From Salsipaludibacter albus (GTDB lineage: Bacteria; Actinomycetota; Nitriliruptoria; Nitriliruptorales; Nitriliruptoraceae): a stretch of DNA of 32,000 nucleotides. The position numbers were made by a program, and so were the translations under genes. Below, in pieces: positions 1 to 8,777 of the stretch (position 1 is its first letter; each line of letters starts with the position of its first letter). The notes beneath the pieces were generated by a model. The model saw nothing but the letters and a program-made list of their open reading frames with translations. It made no database searches and had not been told where the DNA came from. The stretch covers positions 133,097-165,096 of the forward strand of contig NZ_JAHOPH010000006.1 in assembly GCF_019798055.1 (NCBI RefSeq). The letters are read 5' to 3'.

Positions 1-975
1 GCCTACATCGTCGGCGCGATCGGGCTCAACCTCGTCAGCGGGTACGCCGGCCAGCTGTCGCTGGGCCACGCCTTCTTCCTGGCGGTGGGTGCCTACACCG
101 CCGCAGTCATCTCGGGACCCTCGACCCAGACCACGTTCGGACTGGGGATCAACGAGATCCTGGTCTGGCTGCCCGCGGCGGGCATCACCGCCGGGCTGGC
201 CGGCTTCCTGGTCGGTCCGATCGCGACCCGCCTGCGAGGGCTGTACCTCGCGATCGTCACCCTCGGACTGGTGCTGGTCGGCGACCACGTGCTGCGGACC
301 TGGACCGGTCTGACCGGTGGGGTCGGGTTCGGGCGACAGGCACCGGACCCCACGCTGCTGGGCCTCGACCTGTCCACGACCGGGCCGATCCTGGGTGTCG
401 ACGTGGCCCGCAGCGCACTGCTGTACTGGTTCAGCCTCGTCGTGGTGATCCTGCTGACGATCCTGGCGCTGAACCTGGTGCGGTCCCGGACCGGGCGGGC
501 CTTCCAGGCCGTGCGCGACCGCGACGTCGCCGCCGAGATCATGGGCATCGACCTGACCCGCACGAAGCTGATCGCCTTCACGGTGTCGTCGGCCTACGCC
601 GGCATCGCCGGGGCGATGCTCACGATGCGGCTGGAGACGATCGAGGCGACGCAGTTCAACCTCCTGCTGTCGTTCCTGTTCATCGCCATGATCCTGATCG
701 GCGGCATCGCCTCGATCCCCGGGTCGATCGCCGGCGCACTGGTGATCGCGATCCTGCCCGACATCGCCGGTCCCCTGGGCAGCGTCCTGACCCCGGTGTT
801 CGAGACCCTGACGTTCTGGCGCGCCGACGCGGGGTTCCCACTCGACGAGTTCCAGCTCGAACAGTTGCTCTACGGCGCCCTGCTGATCGCCTTCGTCCTG
901 CTCGAGCCCCGGGGCCTCATCGGCCTCTGGGTCCGCGTCCGCAACTACTGGAAGGCCTTCCCATTCTCGTACTGA
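1..975 (+). CDS. livM: Branched-chain amino acid ABC transporter permease (LivM family), 5' truncated by window edge
   Basis: Open reading frame continues to base 1 (AYIVGAIGLNLVSGYAGQLSLGHAFFLAVGAYTAAV...), with the LivM motifs NLVSGYAGQLSLGHAFF and RTGRAFQAVRDRDVAAEIMGID; multiple TM segments. ORF track starts at an internal GTG (85). Confidence 0.9.
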   Translation, partial: AYIVGAIGLNLVSGYAGQLSLGHAFFLAVGAYTAAVISGPSTQTTFGLGINEILVWLPAAGITAGLAGFLVGPIATRLRGLYLAIVTLGLVLVGDHVLRTWTGLTGGVGFGRQAPDPTLLGLDLSTTGPILGVDVARSALLYWFSLVVVILLTILALNLVRSRTGRAFQAVRDRDVAAEIMGIDLTRTKLIAFTVSSAYAGIAGAMLTMRLETIEATQFNLLLSFLFIAMILIGGIASIPGSIAGALVIAILPDIAGPLGSVLTPVFETLTFWRADAGFPLDEFQLEQLLYGALLIAFVLLEPRGLIGLWVRVRNYWKAFPFSY

Positions 976-1063
976 GCAGCGTCCTCCGGACGCACGCCTG
1001 CTTCGGCAGGCACCCCGACACGAACACCCCCGGCACAGCCGGGACCACACAAGGAGATACCGC

Positions 1064-2470
1064 ATGAGATCGTTGCGAGGACGAACCCGCACCGTTGCCG
1101 CGCTGGCCGCCGCGACCGCCCTGGTCCTGGCCGGCTGCGGCGGTGACGACGGGGCAGACGAGACCACCGACGAATCGACCGCCACGGAGGAGGAGACGGC
1201 GACCGAGGACGCGACCGCGACCGAGGAGATGACCGAGGAGGCGACCGCCTCCGAGACCGCGGCCGCCGGCGGCGAGGTCGCCACCGGCCGTGGCGTCACC
1301 GCCGAGCCGTGCCCGGACGGCAATCCCGACCGGGGCTGCATCTACCTGGGCATCATCTCCGACCTCACGGTCGGTCCGTTCGCGCCACTCGGGGCGCCCA
1401 TCACCGAGGCCGACGAGGCCTTCTGGACGTGGGTCAACGACAACGGCGGGATCGGCGAGGCCTACGACGTCAACGTGACCGAGTACACCCGTGACTCGGA
1501 GTACAACCCGCAGGTCCATGCCGAGGCGTACGAGGAGATCCGGGGCGAGGTCCTGGCCATCGCGCAGTCGCTGGGCACGTCCCAGACGCTGTCGGTGATC
1601 GAGGCCATGGACACCGACAACATGGTCGCCGGTCCGATGACCTGGTGGTCGGGCTGGAACTACAACGACCTGATCCTGCAGTCCGGCTCGTCGTACTGCG
1701 CGCAGGGCATGAACGGCATCGACTACGTCGCCGACGAGGTCTCGTCGGTCGCGATCGTCAAGTTCCCCGGGGACTACGGCGAGGACTGGGCCGCAGGCGT
1801 GCGCCTGGGCGCCGAGGCCGCCGGTGTCGAGGTGCTCGGCGAGGACATCGAGCAGGTCCCGATCTCGGCCGGTGGCGACGTCGCCGCGGCCGTCGGCGAA
1901 CTCGCCGGCATGGACCCGGCCCCCGACGCCATCTTCATGGCCACCGGTCCGAGCGAGCTCGGCGAGATCGCGGGTGGGCTGGCCCAGCAGGGCTACCAGG
2001 GCCGCTACGTCGGGTCCAACCCGACCTACAACGGCGCACTGCTCGACTCACCCGTCGGTCCGGTGCTCGAGGCGTCCTACGTCGTCATGGGTGCGTTCGA
2101 GGCCTACAACGGCGAGTCGGTGGCGCACGACAACCTGCGTGCGGCCATCCCCGAGCCGGCCAACGACGGGGCCACCTACGGCTGGATGATGTCCTACCCG
2201 CTCCTGTCGGTGCTCGAGGCCGCCTACGAGTCGGGTGACCTCACCCCCGAGGGCGTGCGTGCCGCCGCTGGGTCGGCCACCGTCGACTACGAGGGTGCGT
2301 TGCCCGAGCTGGACCTCTCGGCCGAGGGTGCCGACCAGCAGGTCCGGCAGTCGTCGATCAGCGCTCCCGACCCCGAGGGCGTCACCGGGCTGACGACGCT
2401 GGAGGTGGACTTCACCGGCCCGACGGCCGAGGAGTACCCGTTCGACGAGCCCTGCTTCAGCCTGAACTGA
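1064..2470 (+). CDS. Branched-chain amino acid-type ABC transporter substrate-binding lipoprotein
   Basis: Signal peptide with lipobox (ALVLAGCGG), acidic Glu/Thr-rich linker, then periplasmic-binding-protein type I-like domain; follows livM on same strand. Confidence 0.85.
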   Translation: MRSLRGRTRTVAALAAATALVLAGCGGDDGADETTDESTATEEETATEDATATEEMTEEATASETAAAGGEVATGRGVTAEPCPDGNPDRGCIYLGIISDLTVGPFAPLGAPITEADEAFWTWVNDNGGIGEAYDVNVTEYTRDSEYNPQVHAEAYEEIRGEVLAIAQSLGTSQTLSVIEAMDTDNMVAGPMTWWSGWNYNDLILQSGSSYCAQGMNGIDYVADEVSSVAIVKFPGDYGEDWAAGVRLGAEAAGVEVLGEDIEQVPISAGGDVAAAVGELAGMDPAPDAIFMATGPSELGEIAGGLAQQGYQGRYVGSNPTYNGALLDSPVGPVLEASYVVMGAFEAYNGESVAHDNLRAAIPEPANDGATYGWMMSYPLLSVLEAAYESGDLTPEGVRAAAGSATVDYEGALPELDLSAEGADQQVRQSSISAPDPEGVTGLTTLEVDFTGPTAEEYPFDEPCFSLN

Positions 2471-2487
2471 GCAGGTCGGAGTCCTGA

Positions 2488-2524
2488 CCGGTGGGGTGCC
2501 CGCAACATGGGGGCACCCCACCGG
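2488..2524. terminator. Perfect 14-bp inverted repeat between convergent genes, probable bidirectional transcription terminator
   Basis: CCGGTGGGGTGCCC (2488-2501) - loop GCAACATGG - GGGCACCCCACCGG (2511-2524); lies between stops of genes at 2470 (+) and 2550 (-). No T-tract. Confidence 0.65.
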
Positions 2525-2549
2525 CCGTTCGGGCCCCGGGCCCGGCGGG

Positions 2550-3728
2550 CTATCGCGCGAACGGGAGCCGCACCCGCAGGGACGGTGCGTGGGACCATCG
2601 GTCGACGACCCGGGCCAGCACCGGCCCGACGGTCGCGGTGACCAGCACGTAGCCCGCCGCGACGGCCGACAGCCGGGAGCTGCCCCCGGCGGTCACGCCC
2701 AGGCCGGCGATGATGATCGAGAACTCGCCCCGTGCGGCCAACAGCGTCGCGGCCCGCCAGCGCCCCCGCGTGCCGATGCCCGCGCGGCGACCGCCGTACC
2801 ACGCCACGACCCCCTTGGTCAGGATGGTCACGACGGCCAGCAGGACCACCGGGAGCGCGACCGCGGGCAGGACCGACGGGTCGGTGGAGAGGCCGAAGAA
2901 GACGAAGAAGACGGCCGCGAAGAGATCGCGCAGGGGCATCAGGAGGGTCTCGGCCCGGTGGGCGGCAGGGCCGGAGATCCCGATGCCGACCAAGAACGCG
3001 CCGACCGCGGCCGACACGTGGATCGCCTCGGCGAGGCCGGCCACCAGCAGCGCCACGCCCAGGATCGTGAGGAGGTTGACCTCGTCGGAGTCGGAGAACG
3101 CCGCGGCGCTGACGCGCTCCCCGTGGCGCACCGACAGGAACAGGGTGAGGGCGACCGCACCGAGGGCGACCGCGACGGACACGGCCGCACCGACGATCGT
3201 TCCCCCGAGCGCGATCGCACCGAGCACCGGCAGGATCACCGCCATGGCGAGGTCTTCGAACACCAGCACGGACAGCACGACCGGTGTCTCGCGGTTGCCC
3301 GTCCAGCCGAGGTCGGCCAACACCTTGGCCACGACCCCCGACGACGAGATGTAGGTGACCCCACCCAGGAACAGCGACGGGATCGCGCCGAGGTCGAGCA
3401 GCAGGCCGGCCACGAACCCGGGCGTGAAGTTCAACGCCATGTCGGCGAGCCCGATCGGGGTCGCACGACGCAGGTTGTCGGTCAGCTCGCGACCCGAGTA
3501 CTCCAGTCCGAGCATGAGCAGCAGGAGGATCACGCCGATGTCGGCGCCGGTTTCGACGAACTCCTCCGAGACGTCCAGGGGCAGCAGGCCGCCCTCGCCG
3601 AACGCCAGTCCCGCCGCCAGGTACAGGGGGATCGGCGAGATCGACAGCCGGCCGGCGAGCCGTGCCATCAGCGCCAGCAGGAACAGGACCCCGCCGACCT
3701 CGAGCAGCACGAGGACGGTGTGGCTCAC
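2550..3728 (-). CDS. Cation:proton antiporter, CPA2/KefB-like membrane transporter
   Basis: 392 aa, ~12 TM; motifs PLYLAAGLAFGEGG, GVILLLLMLGLEYS, AVGAFLVGIGISGP typical of Na+/H+ exchanger (CPA2) family. GTG start overlaps the upstream gene's stop by 4 bp. Confidence 0.85.
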   Translation of the reverse strand: MSHTVLVLLEVGGVLFLLALMARLAGRLSISPIPLYLAAGLAFGEGGLLPLDVSEEFVETGADIGVILLLLMLGLEYSGRELTDNLRRATPIGLADMALNFTPGFVAGLLLDLGAIPSLFLGGVTYISSSGVVAKVLADLGWTGNRETPVVLSVLVFEDLAMAVILPVLGAIALGGTIVGAAVSVAVALGAVALTLFLSVRHGERVSAAAFSDSDEVNLLTILGVALLVAGLAEAIHVSAAVGAFLVGIGISGPAAHRAETLLMPLRDLFAAVFFVFFGLSTDPSVLPAVALPVVLLAVVTILTKGVVAWYGGRRAGIGTRGRWRAATLLAARGEFSIIIAGLGVTAGGSSRLSAVAAGYVLVTATVGPVLARVVDRWSHAPSLRVRLPFAR

Positions 3729-4210
3729 GTGGCCGTCAGCAGCGTCCGGACGGCCTGGATCCCGTCGCTGGTGCCCGCGACGACCAGCGTGTCCCCCGCC
3801 TGCATGGCGAAGTCGGGCTCCGGCGCGGGCACCGGGCCGGTGGACCGGAGCACGGCGACGATGCTCGCCCCGGTGTGGGTGCGGATCGCCATCTCGGCGA
3901 TGGACCGACCAACGGCCGGTGACGCAGCGTCCACGTCCAGCCAGGCGAAGACCAGCCCCTCGATCTCGTAGCTGCGCTCGTCCGCACGTTCCTCGATGGA
4001 CAGCACCCCGAGTGACTCGACCAGGCTGTGGGCGTCGTCCTCACTGAGCTGGACGGTCACCCGGGTGGCGTCCGGGTCCTCCGGTCCGCACACGAACACC
4101 TCGCGTCGACCGCTGTGGTGCTGGACGACCCCCATGCGGCGGCCCTCCTCGGTCACGAACTCGACCCGTTGGCCGATCCCCGGCAGCTTCGTCTCGTCGA
4201 GATGGCCCAC
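3725..4210 (-). CDS. TrkA_C (RCK_C) domain potassium/proton antiport regulatory subunit (KhtT-like)
   Basis: VGHLDETKLPGIGQRVEFVTEEGRRMGVVQHHSGRREVFV... and C-terminal VGRSIAEMAIRTHTGASIVAVLR...FAMQAGDTLVVAGTSDGIQAVR; start placed at GTG 4210, the longer ORF to 4375 starts with non-typical residues. Coupled to antiporter by GTGA overlap. Confidence 0.75.
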   Translation of the reverse strand: MGHLDETKLPGIGQRVEFVTEEGRRMGVVQHHSGRREVFVCGPEDPDATRVTVQLSEDDAHSLVESLGVLSIEERADERSYEIEGLVFAWLDVDAASPAVGRSIAEMAIRTHTGASIVAVLRSTGPVPAPEPDFAMQAGDTLVVAGTSDGIQAVRTLLTAT

Positions 4211-4319
4211 GGCGCCGCTCCTGTCGTCCCGGTCGACGACGGTATCCCCAGCATCCGTCTCCGGCCCCCCAGTGGCGTGATGGGCCCCCGGGCTCGCACT
4301 CCGTCCGTCGACCCTTGAC

Positions 4320-4336
4320 AAGGCTAAGACTATTAG
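4320..4336. promoter_or_regulatory. Candidate operator copy 1: GGCTAA-GACTA-TTAGCC
   Basis: Perfect 6-bp inverted arms with 5-nt centre, immediately after a TTGACA (-35-like) hexamer at 4313-4318, upstream of the hydrolase/TetR pair. Confidence 0.6.
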
Positions 4337-4354
4337 CCACACTGGGGACCCCCG

Positions 4355-4371
4355 GAGGCTAAGGCCATTAG
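4355..4371. promoter_or_regulatory. Candidate operator copy 2: GGCTAA-GGCCA-TTAGCC
   Basis: Same 6-bp arms and the same spacing as copy 1, 35 bp downstream start-to-start. Confidence 0.6.
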
Positions 4372-4414
4372 CCACCGGTCAGACACCGGGACGACCCGGA
4401 GAGGGAGCACCGCC

Positions 4415-5242
4415 ATGGGTCCCGACCCCACGAACGACACGACGACCGGAACGCAGTACCTCGACCGCCCGGGCGGACGCATCGCCTTCGACGTCACCGG
4501 CCACGGCCCACTGCTGGTGCTCTCGCCCGGCATGGGGGACGTCCGGGAGTCCTTCCGCTTCCTGGTGCCGCGACTGGTGGAGGCCGGGTACCGCGTGGCC
4601 ACGGTCGACCTGCGAGGCCACGGGGACAGCGACACGACCTTCGACGACCACGGCGACGTCCCGACCGGCACGGACCTGCTGGCCCTGGTCGATCACCTGG
4701 GCGGCCCGGCGGTCCTGGTCGGCAACTCGATGAGTGCCGGCGCGGCCGCCTGGGCGGCTGCCGAGGACCCGGGTGCCGTCCGGGCCCTCGTGCTGCTCGG
4801 TCCCTTCGTGCGCCAGCCTCCGTCGAGCCCGGTGCTCGCGATCGCGCTGCGCCTGGGTCTCCTGCGACCCTGGGGCCCATCGGTGTGGTCCGCCTACCAC
4901 GCCAGCCTGTACCGCGGCGCCCGGCCCGACGACCTCGCCGGTCATCGCGCCCGCATCCGCACCAGCCTCGCCCGACCGGGCGCGTGGCACGCATTCCAGG
5001 CCACCACGCAGACCTCCCACGCACCCGTCGAAGCACGCCTGGGCGAGGTCGAGGCGCCGACCCTGGTGGTCATGGGCACCGCGGACCCGGACTTCCCCGA
5101 CCCCGAGCAGGAGGCCCGCTGGATCGCCGACCGACTCGCGGGCCAGGTCCAACTGGTGGAGGGAGCCGGGCACTACCCACACGCCGAGTTCCCCGACCTG
5201 GTGGCCCCACGCATCGTCGAGTACCTGGGTGGGGTGGCCTGA
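4415..5242 (+). CDS. Alpha/beta fold hydrolase
   Basis: 275 aa; nucleophile elbow GNSMSAG, DLRGHGDSD, catalytic region VVMGTADPDFP and GAGHYPH. Purine-rich GGAGAGGGAG upstream of ATG. Confidence 0.88.
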   Translation: MGPDPTNDTTTGTQYLDRPGGRIAFDVTGHGPLLVLSPGMGDVRESFRFLVPRLVEAGYRVATVDLRGHGDSDTTFDDHGDVPTGTDLLALVDHLGGPAVLVGNSMSAGAAAWAAAEDPGAVRALVLLGPFVRQPPSSPVLAIALRLGLLRPWGPSVWSAYHASLYRGARPDDLAGHRARIRTSLARPGAWHAFQATTQTSHAPVEARLGEVEAPTLVVMGTADPDFPDPEQEARWIADRLAGQVQLVEGAGHYPHAEFPDLVAPRIVEYLGGVA

Positions 5243-5803
5243 GTGCCCCGCGCCGGACTCGACCCCGACCGCGTGGTGCGGGCCGCCGCCGACCTGGTCG
5301 ACGACGTCGGCCACGACCAGCTGACCCTCGCGGCCGTCGCCGCCCACTTCGACGTGGCCGTCCCCAGCCTCTACAAGCACGTGGGCGGGATCGACGACCT
5401 GCACGGCCGGCTCGCGGTGCTGGCGGTCGAGGAGCTCGGGGCACGACTCGCCGCCGCGGCCGGCGGACCCCACGCCGGGGACGAGCCGTTCCGGACACTG
5501 GCTCGGGCGTACCGGGCCTACGCCGTCGAGCATCCCGGCCGCTACGCGGCCACGGTCCGTGCTCCCGGCCCCGACGACGTCGCCCTGCGTGCCGCCAGCG
5601 ACGCGGTGCTCTCGACCGTCCTGGCGGTGCTCGGGGACCTCGGGCTCACCGGCGACGACGCTGTCGACGCCGCCCGTGCCGTCCGCTCGGCCCTGCACGG
5701 GTTCGTGACCCTCGAGGCCGCCGGGGGGTTCGGGCTGCCGCGCGACGTCGACCGGTCCTTCACCTCGCTGGTCGACACGCTGCATCGGGGCCTTCTCGCA
5801 TGA
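5243..5803 (+). CDS. TetR/AcrR family transcriptional regulator
   Basis: N-terminal HTH LTLAAVAAHFDVAVPSLYKHVGGIDDL; GTG start directly abuts the hydrolase stop codon. Confidence 0.85.
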   Translation: MPRAGLDPDRVVRAAADLVDDVGHDQLTLAAVAAHFDVAVPSLYKHVGGIDDLHGRLAVLAVEELGARLAAAAGGPHAGDEPFRTLARAYRAYAVEHPGRYAATVRAPGPDDVALRAASDAVLSTVLAVLGDLGLTGDDAVDAARAVRSALHGFVTLEAAGGFGLPRDVDRSFTSLVDTLHRGLLA

Positions 5804-5938
5804 GTGGACCCGGGTCCCGACCGATCGACGCCTGACGTCTCGTCGACCCCGAGGTCCTGCCGAGGGGCGGACCATCGGCGGACCGCACCGGGCCGGACTC
5901 CAGCCGGATCGAGGGACGCGATTCCTACGATCTCGGAC

Positions 5939-7168
5939 ATGAACACATTGCTGATCCTCGGGGCAGGCACGGCCGGGACCATGGCCGCCAACCTGTTGCG
6001 CACGAAGCTGGGCGACGACTGGTCCATCACGATCGTCGACCGCGACAACGAGCACCACTACCAGCCGGGCTACCTGTTCGTGCCCTTCTGGATGCCGGAG
6101 GGACGGGTCGTCAAGGAGCGTGACGCGTTCCTGCCGGACGGCGTGGACTTCGTCCAGCGCGACATCGCCCGGGTGCATCCCGACCAGCGCTGGGTGGAGC
6201 TGGCCGACGGCCAACGGCTGGACTACGACTGGCTGGTCATCGCCAGCGGATCTCGTCCGCGCCCGGATCTCGTGCCGGGCATGGCCGACGGTTCGCTCTG
6301 GCGGGACAAGGTCCACGAGTTCTACACCCTCGAGGGCTCCGTCGCCCTGCGGGACGCACTGGCCGACTTCCACGAGGGCCGCCTGCTGGTCCACTTCGCC
6401 GACCAGCCGATCAAGTGCCCGGTCGCCCCCCTCGAGTTCACCTTCCTGGTCGAGGACAAGTACCGCAAGGCCGGCCTGCGCCACGACGTCGACATCACCT
6501 ACGTCACACCGCTCGACGGTGCGTTCACCAAGCCCGTCGCCTCCGAGACGCTGGGCGACCTGCTCCGGCAGCGCAGCATCCGGTTGGCCGCCGACTTCGC
6601 GGTGGAGCGGATCGACAACGACACCCAGCACCTGGTGTCCTGGGACGGCCGCGAGCTGCCCTTCGACCTGCTGGTCAGCATCCCTCCCCACACGGGGGCG
6701 CAGTTCGTCATGGACTCGGGCCTGGGCGACGACCTGGGCTTCGTCCCGGTCGACAAGCACACGTTGCAGGCGGTGGACCACGAGCGGATCTTCGTCCTGG
6801 GCGACGCCAGTGACATCCCGACCTCCAAGGCCGGGTCCGTGGCGCACTTCGCCGCAGAACTGTTCGTCGACAACTTCCTGGCGGCGGTGGCCGGCGAGCC
6901 GATGCCCCGGTCCTTCGACGGACACGCCAACTGCTTCGTGGAATCCGGGCGCAACCAGGCCCTGCTGCTGGACTTCAACTACGACACGCAGCCCCTGACC
7001 GGGACCTTCCCGGCGGCCGGCGTGGGGCCGATGCGGCTGCTCGAGCCGACCCGGATCAACCATCTCGGGAAGCTTGCATTCGAGCAGGTCTACTGGCGGC
7101 TGCTCCTGCCCGGCAAGCGGCTTCCCGTGCCGGCGAACATGTCCATGGCTGGCAAGAACGAACCCTGA
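5939..7168 (+). CDS. NAD(P)/FAD-dependent oxidoreductase, sulfide:quinone oxidoreductase-like
   Basis: Rossmann motif MNTLLILGAGTAGTMAANLL; YDWLVIASG; FADQPIKCPVAPLEFTFLVEDK (SQR-type IKC.xAP motif); VFVLGDASDIPTSKAG; HANCFVESG. Start chosen at ATG 5939 (ORF track extends further upstream). Confidence 0.85.
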   Translation: MNTLLILGAGTAGTMAANLLRTKLGDDWSITIVDRDNEHHYQPGYLFVPFWMPEGRVVKERDAFLPDGVDFVQRDIARVHPDQRWVELADGQRLDYDWLVIASGSRPRPDLVPGMADGSLWRDKVHEFYTLEGSVALRDALADFHEGRLLVHFADQPIKCPVAPLEFTFLVEDKYRKAGLRHDVDITYVTPLDGAFTKPVASETLGDLLRQRSIRLAADFAVERIDNDTQHLVSWDGRELPFDLLVSIPPHTGAQFVMDSGLGDDLGFVPVDKHTLQAVDHERIFVLGDASDIPTSKAGSVAHFAAELFVDNFLAAVAGEPMPRSFDGHANCFVESGRNQALLLDFNYDTQPLTGTFPAAGVGPMRLLEPTRINHLGKLAFEQVYWRLLLPGKRLPVPANMSMAGKNEP

Positions 7169-7178
7169 GAGGCGCGCC

Positions 7179-7493
7179 ATGCCCACGAACACGCTCAACG
7201 GTCACACGTTCACGGTCGATGACGAGGGCTTCTTCACCGACCCCGACCAGTGGAGCCCCGAGCTCGCAGCCGACATGGCCGAGCTGATCGGCACCGAGCT
7301 GGACGACGCACACATGGCGCCGTTGGAGTTCATGCGCTCCGACGCCGCGGAGCACGGCGCCACCCCGACCCTGCGCCGGATGCACGCCACGGGGGGCTTC
7401 GACATCAAGGAGCTGTACCGGCTGTACCCGGGCAAGCCCGTCAAGAAGATGGCCTGGCTGGCCGGCCTGCCCAAGCCGACCGGCTGCGTCTGA
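7179..7493 (+). CDS. TusE/DsrC/DsvC-family sulfur carrier-like protein, with single C-terminal Cys
   Basis: 104 aa; MPTNTLNGHTFTVDDEGFFTDPDQWSPELA...RRMHATGGFDIKELYRLYPGKPVKKMAWLAGLPKPTGCV; the AGLPKPTGCV tail is diagnostic of the family. Confidence 0.92.
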   Translation: MPTNTLNGHTFTVDDEGFFTDPDQWSPELAADMAELIGTELDDAHMAPLEFMRSDAAEHGATPTLRRMHATGGFDIKELYRLYPGKPVKKMAWLAGLPKPTGCV

Positions 7494-7519
7494 ACCAGGC
7501 AGCGACGAGGAGACACGCC

Positions 7520-8137
7520 ATGGCCACCATCCCCGACGGGTTCGTCATGCCGGACTTCGGTGACCCCGCCCCCGCCGACAACGGCACCACGCCCGCGACG
7601 GCCACCGCCACGGCCGCAACGGCCACCTCCACCGGCCCCCGCAGGATGGCCTTCATCTGCTCGAAGGGGAACCTCGACATGGCCTACCCGGCCCTGATCG
7701 TGGGCAACGCGGCCCTGACCGAGGGTGTCGAGGTGCTGATCTTCTTCACCTTCTGGGGCCTGGACATGATCAACACGCAGGTCAACGACAAGCTCAAGTT
7801 CACCGTCAGCGGCAACACCGCGATGCACATGCCAGACCTGGCGAAGGTTCGACCGGGCCTGGAGTACAAGGCGATCCCGCAGGCGCTGGGCAACCTGCCC
7901 GGCATGACCGCCTACGCCACCCGGCACATGAAGGAGGAGATGGACAAGCTGGGGGTGCCACCGGTCCCGGAGTTCCTCGACCTGCTGGCCGCCTCGGGTG
8001 CCCACCTGTACGCCTGCAAGCTCAGCTACGACATGGCGAAGATGATCGAGGCCGACCTGCACCCGGCCGTCGAGGGCGTGATCACCGCGGCCGACTTCGT
8101 CGAGCTCGCCGAGGGCGCCCAGATCGTCTTCATCTGA
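7520..8137 (+). CDS. DsrE/DsrF/DsrH-like family protein (DsrE2-type)
   Basis: 205 aa; [44 protein letters not shown]... and [17 protein letters not shown]; true start at ATG 7520 preceded by GAGGAG, not the 7250 start in the track (which overlaps the DsrC gene). Confidence 0.85.
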   Translation: MATIPDGFVMPDFGDPAPADNGTTPATATATAATATSTGPRRMAFICSKGNLDMAYPALIVGNAALTEGVEVLIFFTFWGLDMINTQVNDKLKFTVSGNTAMHMPDLAKVRPGLEYKAIPQALGNLPGMTAYATRHMKEEMDKLGVPPVPEFLDLLAASGAHLYACKLSYDMAKMIEADLHPAVEGVITAADFVELAEGAQIVFI

Positions 8138-8219
8138 TCCAAACATGAGTGGTCACCACTCACGCGCCACGGGTGGTCGTTCGTCGCGACACCGACGCCA
8201 GCGGTCGTGCGGCAGGGGC

Positions 8220-8669
8220 TCAGACGCGCACGGACAGGAACCGGCCGACCAGGGCGGGCCGGTCGGAGTCCTCGATCTCGATCGTGACGTCCACGTGGAC
8301 CAGCAGTCCCCCCGCCTTCGGCTCGGTGTGGTCGAGCCGCCCGACGGCCCGCACGCGGCTGCCCACCGGGACCGGGGCCGGCAGGCGGACCCGGTCCAGG
8401 CCGTAGTTGATGCCCATCGCCGCGTCCGGCACGGTCATCAGTCCACCGAGCAGCGACGGCAGCATGGCCAGCGTCCAGAAGCCGTGCGCGATCGTGCCAC
8501 CGAACATCCCGTCGGCGGCCCGCTCGGGATCGACGTGGATCCACTGGTGGTCGTCGGTCGCGTCGGCGAAGCGGTCGACGAGGTCCTGGGTCACATCGAT
8601 CCACTCCGAGGCGCCCAGGTCGACGTCGGCAGCGGTGGCGAGTTCATCCATGGTCATGGTGACGGGCAT
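8220..8669 (-). CDS. MaoC-like (R)-specific enoyl-CoA hydratase family protein
   Basis: [51 protein letters not shown]...[19 protein letters not shown]: hydratase motif D-x(4)-H with GTIAHG. Only the C-terminal 149 aa of the track's 829-aa ORF. Confidence 0.88.
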   Translation of the reverse strand: MPVTMTMDELATAADVDLGASEWIDVTQDLVDRFADATDDHQWIHVDPERAADGMFGGTIAHGFWTLAMLPSLLGGLMTVPDAAMGINYGLDRVRLPAPVPVGSRVRAVGRLDHTEPKAGGLLVHVDVTIEIEDSDRPALVGRFLSVRV

Positions 8670-8777
8670 CGGGTCGGCTCCCTGGTCGGGCACGGGGACC
8701 ACGACCCTAGAGCGAGGTGGCGTGCATCGCCCCGGACGTCGGCAACCACACCGGAGGCGGCCAGTAGGCTCCGGCAC

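Noticed and set aside
7250-8137. Long form of the DsrE-like protein (295 aa)
   Set aside because: The first 90 residues overlap the DsrC-like gene out of frame and are Arg-rich. ATG 7520 has an RBS-like GAGGAG.
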